Source: Candidatus Poribacteria bacterium
GTDB lineage: Bacteria; Poribacteria; WGA-4E; WGA-3G
Length of the DNA stretch: 64,000 nucleotides
Reading direction: 5' to 3'
Assembly: GCA_964291315.2 (NCBI GenBank)
Contig: OZ219753.1
Span: forward strand, 3,197,610 to 3,261,609
Positions 11,092 through 18,759 of the stretch are shown piece after piece. The position numbers and the translations under genes were made by a program. Position 1 is the first letter of the stretch, and each line of letters opens with the position of its first letter. Below the pieces are notes generated by a model. That model saw nothing but the letters and a program-made list of their open reading frames with translations, was not told the origin of the DNA and did not search any database.

Positions 11092-12861
11092 ATGAAACGT
11101 CTCCCCCTTCTCTTAATTTTTCTGCTTGGGATCGGACTTTGCGCCACCGTAGCAGCACCGCTAGAGCTCCCTAACACGCCTCCATGGAAACCTATAGGAA
11201 AATACACACACCCGGACATCCGGGAAAGTTCCGGTATTGTTACAAGTCAGCAGTTTGAAGGTGTCTATTGGACACTGAACGACTCCGGTAACCCGGCAAC
11301 ACTTTACGCCACAAAACTAAATGGCGAATTAATTCAAGAGATCACTGTGCAAGGTTCAAAAAACTTCGACTGGGAAGCACTCGGCATCGACTCACAAAAC
11401 CGACTCTGGATTGGTGAGATCGGTAATAATAGTAGATTACGGCAAGATTTAAAGGTGGTCGTCATCGCAGAACCAAACCCTTTCACTGACACGGAAGCGG
11501 TGGTCATTGCAAGTTACCCGTATCAATATCCGGACGAAAATGTTGATGCGGAAGGCCTCTTCATCGTCGAAGGATTCCCTTACATTGTCTCTAAGGAACG
11601 AGAACGGGCTGTACTTTACCGGTTTCCGGCTCTGAAACCGGATGTCAAACAGGTTTTGGGGCGCGTTGGCGAATTTGCGGAGGCAAAATTCGTAACCGGT
11701 GCCGGGGTATCGGAAGACGGAACGCGGCTGGCTGTCTGCACTTACGACGCACTCTGGGTATATAATAAGGCAACAGCGAAAGACTTAGCAGAAATGATTC
11801 AAGGTACACCGTGGCAATTGCCACACGATTTTAGCGGGGAAGCAGTCTGCTTTGACGGTTACGATCTCGTCCTAACGAACGAGGGGCGCGACCTCTACCG
11901 CTTACCACAATTTTGGTATGAGAAAGAGTGGACGCTGCCCCCAAAGAACACGCAATCGGTAGTTCCCCTATTGCCTGACGCAATTACGCATCATGCAACA
12001 GCACAGATAGAAAACTATAGTACTGCTAGCATAAATATAGGCGGGAGCTATGTCGTACTAACACCGCAGACTGACAAAGAGATCGGTTCTCTAACTATTC
12101 CAATAGAAGTGCCTTACAGCGATATTTATGAAATCAGTGCTGTTTTAACGCGAGGACCGGAATACGCGCAGGTCGAACTATCCGTGAACGGCACTGCGGT
12201 CGGCTCGCCATACGACTGCTATTCTGCTGAAACAACAGCCGGAACCTTGGTTTCGTTTGGGACGACCCCGCTGACCGCTGGGACGAACCCTACGATGTTT
12301 AGCATCGTCGGGAAGGCAGCTGAAGCGACAGACTATAAAATCGGTATCGACTCCTATCGGGTGCTGCATGCTTCACCGCTTGTTAAACACTACATGGTGT
12401 TGGGCCCGTTTTCGAAAACAGACGAGATTGACAAGATGCCCGCTCTTGGAAGTCTAGTGGATCCGAACGCAACTTACACAGATATGCATGGCAAAACGAT
12501 CCAGTGGAAGGAAACAACCACGGGGGGAGACGGGTTTCTCAATTTAAGCATAAATCTCGGCTTTGAGTCAGCAGCCGTTGGATACGCACTGATGTACGTC
12601 CACGCATCGAAACCGACTGATTCTGTGTTACTGATCGGCAGTGATGACGGGGCAACTGTGTGGTTAAATGGGGATGAAGTCTACCGAATCGACGCGAACC
12701 GCCCAGCGATTCCAGATGAAGATGCTGTTCCTTGCCAACTCAACGCCGGATGGAATGAGGTTTTGTGCAAGGTCAGTCAGGAAGGGTGGGGTTGGGGACT
12801 CTACCTGCGATTTACAGATGTAGATGGACTTCTTAAGTATAGCGTCCGACGACAGGAATAA
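11092..12861 (+). CDS. Secreted multidomain protein (N-terminal beta-propeller, CBM-like jelly roll, PA14-like C-terminal domain)
   Basis: Signal peptide MKRLPLLLIFLLGIGL; ESSG/WTLNDSGN/DWEA/DAEG propeller motifs; GSDDGATVWLNG; AAGGAG RBS before ATG 11092. Confidence 0.65.
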   Translation: MKRLPLLLIFLLGIGLCATVAAPLELPNTPPWKPIGKYTHPDIRESSGIVTSQQFEGVYWTLNDSGNPATLYATKLNGELIQEITVQGSKNFDWEALGIDSQNRLWIGEIGNNSRLRQDLKVVVIAEPNPFTDTEAVVIASYPYQYPDENVDAEGLFIVEGFPYIVSKERERAVLYRFPALKPDVKQVLGRVGEFAEAKFVTGAGVSEDGTRLAVCTYDALWVYNKATAKDLAEMIQGTPWQLPHDFSGEAVCFDGYDLVLTNEGRDLYRLPQFWYEKEWTLPPKNTQSVVPLLPDAITHHATAQIENYSTASINIGGSYVVLTPQTDKEIGSLTIPIEVPYSDIYEISAVLTRGPEYAQVELSVNGTAVGSPYDCYSAETTAGTLVSFGTTPLTAGTNPTMFSIVGKAAEATDYKIGIDSYRVLHASPLVKHYMVLGPFSKTDEIDKMPALGSLVDPNATYTDMHGKTIQWKETTTGGDGFLNLSINLGFESAAVGYALMYVHASKPTDSVLLIGSDDGATVWLNGDEVYRIDANRPAIPDEDAVPCQLNAGWNEVLCKVSQEGWGWGLYLRFTDVDGLLKYSVRRQE

Positions 12862-13018
12862 AGAACGAATTTGCACAACTGATTGTCAATTCGAGCTTCA
12901 CAACAGCAAGTGCTATCCGTTCGGACTTATAAAGCTGCGAACTACTATAGGTCCTGTCCTTTCGATTTGCATAAAGACGCATTTTCCGTTGCCTAGCGGG
13001 CGCGAGCAGAAGCACATT

Positions 13019-13040
13019 GGCGAGGTTAAGACGCCTCGCC
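13019..13040. repeat. Intergenic palindrome (REP-like or terminator)
   Basis: ggcgagg-ttaagacg-cctcgcc between convergent genes. Confidence 0.55.
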
Positions 13041-13057
13041 CAGCAAAAATGAATCTT

Positions 13058-16000
13058 TTAGACCTGTTCGACGGTTATGGTCGCGGGTTCGCCGTTGAGT
13101 TTCTGAGAAACTGTGAAGGCGTTCTCGCCCGAAGACTCGACAACGGTTGTTGTCAATGTCTCTTGCAGAATATAATCTCGATGCACCTCAAATGCTTCTT
13201 CAACAAGCAATGAAGGCGTTTCGAGACTGAGCTTAATCCGGTCTGAGACATTAAAGTCGGCTTCTTTCCGCATATTCTGGATTTTGTTGACAAGTTCGCG
13301 TGCCAAACCTTCAAGCGTCAGCTCATGTGTCAATTCGGTTGACAATGCCCCGAATTTCTTCGCGTCTACCTCCACAAAGAAACCCTCTCTATTTTGTGTT
13401 TGCACGTCGATTTCTGATTGTTCGAGTGTGTAGGTCTCGCCTGAGGCTTCGAGCTGTAGACTGCCGGTCGCTTCTAGTTCCGCCTTCAGTTGCATTGAAT
13501 TTGCAGTGGCGAGTGCCTTTGCGATGGCTTGTACACCTTTGCCATACTTCGGTCCCAAGGATCTGAAGTTCGGCTTGAGCGTCACTTGTGCGAATGCATC
13601 TAGATTCTCTACAAAGGTAATCGTCTTGACGTTGAGTTCATCGTGGACAAGTTCTGATAGACGGTTAACCGTCTTTTTTTCCAGGTCAGAGAGTCCTCCG
13701 AGTGTGAACTCGGCGAGCGGTTGGCGTGTTTTAATGCCCGATCGGTTGCGTGCAGCATGTCCCATACGGATGATCTCGCGCGTGAAAGCCATATCGGTGT
13801 CGAGCTGGGTGTCTTTTAGTGTGGCATCTGCAACTGGGTATTCTGCAAGATGAACGCTAGGTGGGGCGTTGGGGTCCAGCGAACACGCCAAGTTTCTGTA
13901 GAGTTCGTCCGAGAGAAACGGAGTAAAGGGGGCTGCGAGTTTTGCAAGGGTTACCAGCACCTCATAAAGCGTTGCATAGGCAGCCTGTTTGTCTGGTCCG
14001 GCTTTAGTCCCCCAGAATCGGTCTCGACAGCGTCGGACGTACCAGTTGCTGAGGTCATCGACAAACGTCTCAATAGCGCGCGGCGCGTTCGTGAGGTGGT
14101 AATTTTCCATGCTATTGCGTGCAGCGTCGATGAGGGTATGGAGTCGTGATAAAATCCATCTGTCCATTGTCGCCCGTTTTTTGACCGGTGGGGCATCTTG
14201 TAGCACGTCGATCTGCTCTAAGTTGGCATACATAACGAAGAAGCTGTAGACGTTGTAAAAAGTGCCCATGAACTTCTTCAGGGCTTCATCAACTCCCTCG
14301 GTTTTGAAAGTGCGCGGTGTCCACGGTGTGGTTGCGGTGAACATGTACCAGCGCATTGCGTCCGCGCCTTGTTTGTTGAGAACCGTCCATGGGTCCACTG
14401 TGTTACCTCGGCTCTTACTCATTTTTTGGCCGTCGGGTCCCATAATGAGTTCAAGGCAGAGGCAGTTTCTGTAAGCCGGTTTATCATAGAGAAGGGTGCC
14501 GGTTGCCAAGAGGCTATAGAACCAACCGCGCGTCTGATCGATGGCTTCCGAGATGAAATCGGCGGGGAACGCTTGTTCGAACATCTCTCTGTTTTCAAAC
14601 GGGTAGTGCCATTGTGCAGTGTGTGCACAGCCCGAGTCAAACCAGCAGTCAATTACGTCTTCCACGCGATGCATTATGCTGCTGCACTTACTGCAGGTGA
14701 GGACCACGGCATCCACATACGGGCGGTGCAGTTCGATATCGGCCGGAACGTCTGTGCCTCGTTCCTTCAATTCGGCGATACTTCCCACACAGTGCTGATG
14801 TCCGCAGTCGTCACAAACCCAGATCGGCAGCGGTGTCCCCCAGTATCGTTCACGACTCAGGCCCCAGTCGATGTTATTTTCTAACCAGTTGCCGAACCTT
14901 CCATTTTTGATGTGTTCCGGATACCAATTGATCTCCTGATTGTGTTGACGCATCTGATCGCGAATGGCGGTTGTTCGGACAAACCACGATTCACGGGCGT
15001 AATAGAGCAGCGGGTTATCACATCGCCAGCAGAAGGGATATTGGTGCTTATGTTCGGCAGCCTTGAACAAGAGACCGCGCCCTTTTAAATTGGCTATGAT
15101 GTGTGGATCGGCAGCCTTGACGTATTCCCCCGCCCATTTTTCTTTCACCTCTGGAACAAATCTGCCATCCGCCCCGACTAATTGCACAAGGGGCAGGTTA
15201 TATTTTTGCCCGATCTCATAGTCGTCTTGTCCAAAGGCGGGGGCGATGTGGACCAAGCCGCTACCCTCTGTCGTTGTCACGAAATCTGCTGTGACGATGT
15301 AGTGCGATTTTTCTGGGTGCTGTCCGCTATCAAACAGCGGCTCGTACTCCCAATCGCGGAGGGCACTGCCTTTATAGCTCTCAACGATTTGTGGAGATTC
15401 ATCACCGAATAGACTCTGCATACACGCTTTTGCAAGTATAAGATGCTGCCCGTTGTGTTCAACAGAGACATACTCGTAATCTTCACCGACAGCAACGGCG
15501 ACGTTAGACGGCAGCGTCCACGGGGTCGTCGTCCACACGAGCAAATAGGTGTTTTCCTGATTTTTCAACGGGAAACGCACAAAGATTGACGGATCTGAGA
15601 CTTCTTGGTACGCCAAAGCGACTTCGTGACTAGCTAAGGTTGTACCGCACCGGTAGCAGTAGGGTTGCACTTTGTGCCCCTGATACAGCAGATCCTTATC
15701 CCATGCCTGCCGAAGTACCCACCAGACGCTTTCTATGTAGTCGTTTGACAAGGTAATATAGGCATCGTCAAGGTTGACCCAGAACCCGATGCGTTCTGTC
15801 ATTTGTCGCCAGTCTTGCTCGTATTGGAACACGTTCTCTTTACATTTTTCGATAAAGTTCTGAACACCGTAAGCCTCAAGTTCGGCTTTGTTTGTAATAT
15901 TCAGCTGCTTTTCAACCTGATATTCAACGGGGAGTCCGTGTGTGTCCCAACCTGCCTTCCGGTGGACGTAGTGTCCTGTCATCGTTTTGTAGCGGCAAAT

Positions 16001-16201
16001 AGCGTCCTTCATGACGCGAGCGAGGACGTGATGCACACCGGGCGGTGCGTTTGCAAACGGCGGTCCCTCTAAGAAAACAAATGGCGGCGCGTCTTTTCGC
16101 AGCTCCATGCTCTTCTGAAAGATGTTATTTTCACGCCAGAAGGCTAAGGTATGTTTTTCTTTCTCAGAAAACGTAAATTGTGGTGATACCTCTTCAAACA
16201 T
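13058..16201 (-). CDS. ileS: Isoleucine--tRNA ligase, type 2 (IleRS2)
   Basis: EGPPFAN..GVHH, WTTTPWTLP, DQTRGWFY, KMSKS, C-terminal EGLARELVNKIQNMRK; GGAGG RBS before ATG 16201. Confidence 0.97.
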   Translation of the reverse strand: MFEEVSPQFTFSEKEKHTLAFWRENNIFQKSMELRKDAPPFVFLEGPPFANAPPGVHHVLARVMKDAICRYKTMTGHYVHRKAGWDTHGLPVEYQVEKQLNITNKAELEAYGVQNFIEKCKENVFQYEQDWRQMTERIGFWVNLDDAYITLSNDYIESVWWVLRQAWDKDLLYQGHKVQPYCYRCGTTLASHEVALAYQEVSDPSIFVRFPLKNQENTYLLVWTTTPWTLPSNVAVAVGEDYEYVSVEHNGQHLILAKACMQSLFGDESPQIVESYKGSALRDWEYEPLFDSGQHPEKSHYIVTADFVTTTEGSGLVHIAPAFGQDDYEIGQKYNLPLVQLVGADGRFVPEVKEKWAGEYVKAADPHIIANLKGRGLLFKAAEHKHQYPFCWRCDNPLLYYARESWFVRTTAIRDQMRQHNQEINWYPEHIKNGRFGNWLENNIDWGLSRERYWGTPLPIWVCDDCGHQHCVGSIAELKERGTDVPADIELHRPYVDAVVLTCSKCSSIMHRVEDVIDCWFDSGCAHTAQWHYPFENREMFEQAFPADFISEAIDQTRGWFYSLLATGTLLYDKPAYRNCLCLELIMGPDGQKMSKSRGNTVDPWTVLNKQGADAMRWYMFTATTPWTPRTFKTEGVDEALKKFMGTFYNVYSFFVMYANLEQIDVLQDAPPVKKRATMDRWILSRLHTLIDAARNSMENYHLTNAPRAIETFVDDLSNWYVRRCRDRFWGTKAGPDKQAAYATLYEVLVTLAKLAAPFTPFLSDELYRNLACSLDPNAPPSVHLAEYPVADATLKDTQLDTDMAFTREIIRMGHAARNRSGIKTRQPLAEFTLGGLSDLEKKTVNRLSELVHDELNVKTITFVENLDAFAQVTLKPNFRSLGPKYGKGVQAIAKALATANSMQLKAELEATGSLQLEASGETYTLEQSEIDVQTQNREGFFVEVDAKKFGALSTELTHELTLEGLARELVNKIQNMRKEADFNVSDRIKLSLETPSLLVEEAFEVHRDYILQETLTTTVVESSGENAFTVSQKLNGEPATITVEQV

Positions 16202-16331
16202 TTGGAAATTCCTCCGGCTCTTGTGGAAGTTGGAAGCGGCTGTCTGCTTGCCATCCGCACCGTCTTCCATCTACATCTGGAAGCGTGGGAAAGTAGTATG
16301 AAGTTCCTTCCAGATTTTCTTAGATCGTAAC

Positions 16332-16374
16332 AAAAAAACGCCCTCACCGAAATCGTCCGTTTCAGCGATGGGCA
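16332..16374 (-). terminator. Intrinsic terminator of the ileS leader (attenuator)
   Basis: GCCC-A-UCGCUGAAA/UUUCGGUGA-GGGC stem followed by G-U7 on the minus strand. Confidence 0.85.
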
Positions 16375-16404
16375 TCCGAATAAAGACTGCGTATCTACCT
16401 ATGA

Positions 16405-16503
16405 TTAGCCCACCACGGCATGATCAATAGCAATAACAGTGGGTAGGGCGCGCAGAACCGCGGCAACCCGAGGGTTCCCTGGATGTGGAACGTTGTTGCG
16501 CAT
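16405..16503 (-). CDS. Putative ileS leader peptide (32 aa; in-frame upstream ATGs extend it up to 55 aa, start 16572)
   Basis: MRNNVPHPGNPRVAAVLRALPTVIAIDHAVVG*; Val-Ile-Ala-Ile codons lie just before the antiterminator segment. Confidence 0.7.
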   Translation of the reverse strand: MRNNVPHPGNPRVAAVLRALPTVIAIDHAVVG

Positions 16504-16631
16504 CAGTTTCTTATATTGCAGCAGCATCAATGTGGGAAGCGATTTTCTGTCCATGCCTGGTTTGAATGACATTTAGTACTGTGAACGTCGACTTTTCTCG
16601 AATTTATCTGCTAAAGATATACTAGTTAATT

Positions 16632-16660
16632 ATAATACTACATTCTCTGTGGGATGTCAA
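16632..16660 (-). promoter_or_regulatory. sigma70-type promoter for the ileS leader
   Basis: TTGACA-17 bp-TATTAT on the minus strand. Confidence 0.7.
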
Positions 16661-16981
16661 CTATTTTTCCGCTGTAGAAGGCTATTCAAATGCCTCCCAA
16701 AAAATAGAAGTGTTTATAGAAAATGCCGGGGGCTATTTTTCCTTGGATCCGCTAGCAATCTCACTGGTATCTAATGATTTTGGGTTGAAAATTATAGATT
16801 TATCAGGTATACTAGATAAAAGTAGCATCTAACTTATTTTTCCCTGAATTATAGCAATCCGTTGACATTTTGCGAACCACAAATCTATAAGTGTGTTTCT
16901 CGAAAAACAGCGTATGTACATCACCTCTTACTGCTGATAGCGTAATAAATAATACAAGGATGACTCATTCGGAGAACTAGC

Positions 16982-18106
16982 ATGGCTAAACAGATTGCAC
17001 TTTTCAACCATAAAGGCGGTGTCGGCAAGACAACAACAACCTTCAATCTAGGTTGGATGTTAGCAAATAAAGACAAAAGGGTTATTATTGTGGATTGTGA
17101 CCCACAGTGTAACCTTACCGGCATGGTGCTTGGGTTTAAAGATGCTGAGGGATTCGCCTCAATGTATGAGTCGGCTGGCGTAACGAACATTCGCAAAGGT
17201 CTCGCTCCTGCTTTTGAATCGCGGCCTGCACTTATGAAACCTGTGAAGTGTACCTCTATCAGGGGACAACCGGATATGTACCTACTCCCTGGGCACATCG
17301 GTCTTGCCGAGTATGAAATTACCTTAGGGATTGCCCAAGAGCTGTCTGGATCCTTGGTAACACTTCAGAACTTGCCAGGCTCCTTGCACTATCTTTTTCG
17401 CAAGACTGCTGAAAAATACAACGCCGATTTCATCTTAGTAGACATGAGTCCAAGTTTGGGACCAATTAACCAAAACTTACTGATGACGAGTGACTATTTC
17501 ATTGTGCCGATGTTTCCTGATTACTTTTCAACCATGGCGATAAGAAGCCTCGCCTCAATTTTACCGAAATGGTCAGCATGGGCAAAGCAGGGCAAAAAGT
17601 CAACCATCTTGCAACAAGCGATTTACCCTTTTCCCGACAAGCACCCTAAGTTTCTAGGACCCATAATCCAGAATTTTCGAATTAGGGGAGGCATTCCGGC
17701 TACCGCTTTCAAAAAATGGATTGAGGAAATAAAAACGGGCATTAAGGAAAAGCTCATCCCTGTCTTACGTGAAAACAACATGCTACTTCCAGATGAATGG
17801 TATATAGAAGGGAGGTCAATTGAATCATATCAGACCCAATTTAATTTTCTTAATCCGAATTTCACACACGACTCGATCATAAGCCAACCACTTTTCCAAG
17901 TGTCAGACTTCAATAGTCTCATTGCTCTCTCACAAAAACATAAAGCCCCGGTTTTTGACTTGAGGGACGATCAGATTGGTCAAGCAGGTATAATACTTGC
18001 GAATACCAAAGCTTCGATGAAAAGGTTTTATGACTTATTTGATGATGGAGCTGACCGGATAATCACCCTCACTGAGAAGGTCGAATCCGATTGTCTATGC
18101 AACTGA
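16982..18106 (+). CDS. ParA/Soj (SIMIBI) family ATPase, orphan (no ParB)
   Basis: Deviant Walker A KGGVGKTT, DCDPQCNLT, ILVDMSPSLG. Confidence 0.9.
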   Translation: MAKQIALFNHKGGVGKTTTTFNLGWMLANKDKRVIIVDCDPQCNLTGMVLGFKDAEGFASMYESAGVTNIRKGLAPAFESRPALMKPVKCTSIRGQPDMYLLPGHIGLAEYEITLGIAQELSGSLVTLQNLPGSLHYLFRKTAEKYNADFILVDMSPSLGPINQNLLMTSDYFIVPMFPDYFSTMAIRSLASILPKWSAWAKQGKKSTILQQAIYPFPDKHPKFLGPIIQNFRIRGGIPATAFKKWIEEIKTGIKEKLIPVLRENNMLLPDEWYIEGRSIESYQTQFNFLNPNFTHDSIISQPLFQVSDFNSLIALSQKHKAPVFDLRDDQIGQAGIILANTKASMKRFYDLFDDGADRIITLTEKVESDCLCN

Positions 18107-18756
18107 CGATCTACATACCACTTGAGATAATATCCTCGAGCGTGTTGAATCCTATTGAGCAATTTCGTGGAAATATAGACCGCGTCCGAGCACACGGTAG
18201 ATTGCACGCTGCGTTCGACCAGCAGACTACTGATGTTGTAGATCTGACTGATCTTTTACGCGCCCAGATCGTTATGCTTATCAGTGCGCTTGACCACTAC
18301 ATCCACGAAATCACACGGATTGGAATGTTAGAAGTCTATGCCGGGATACGTCCAAAGACGAAGCCTTTTTCACGTTTTCAAGTGTCTCTGGACGCGACGA
18401 TAATGGGAATTTCCAAACCCAATGAGAAAGAGTGGCTTGATATAGCAATCCGAGAAAAGCATGGTCATAAAGCTTTCCAGCAACCAGATAAGATCGCCGA
18501 TGCGGTCCGGCTCTTTTCATCCTGCAAGTTATGGAGAACCGTTGCATCAGAACTTAACCTAACCGAGCAGGACGTGAAAAACCGACTCCGTACGATAGTT
18601 AACCGGCGAAATCAAATTGTCCATGGGGTTGACTTGGATCCGAGTTATCCAGGAACTAGAAACCGTTGGCAGATTTCTCCTTCGGATGTGACAGATGCCC
18701 TGGAATTCATTCAGGAAGTTTGTGAAACGATTGATGTTGTTGTTAATCAAAATTAG
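18097..18756 (+). CDS. HEPN-domain putative RNase (MAE_18760 / RiboL-PSP-HEPN-like)
   Basis: Helical protein with 'LLRAQIVMLISALDHYIHE' and R-x4-H motif RNQIVH; start uncertain (18091/18097/18142). Confidence 0.8.
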   Translation: MQLTIYIPLEIISSSVLNPIEQFRGNIDRVRAHGRLHAAFDQQTTDVVDLTDLLRAQIVMLISALDHYIHEITRIGMLEVYAGIRPKTKPFSRFQVSLDATIMGISKPNEKEWLDIAIREKHGHKAFQQPDKIADAVRLFSSCKLWRTVASELNLTEQDVKNRLRTIVNRRNQIVHGVDLDPSYPGTRNRWQISPSDVTDALEFIQEVCETIDVVVNQN

Positions 18757-18759
18757 ATC

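Noticed and set aside
16396-16470. Alternative-frame Leu-rich leader (YPLLLLLIMPWW)
   Set aside because: No ATG before the Leu run in that frame, and Leu/Trp sensing does not fit ileS
16330-16620. T-box riboswitch upstream of ileS
   Set aside because: No GGTGGNACCGCG T-box bulge or specifier-loop motifs; a leader-peptide attenuator explains the sequence better
16982-18106. Chromosome or plasmid partitioning locus
   Set aside because: No parB or replication genes nearby; the partner is a HEPN protein
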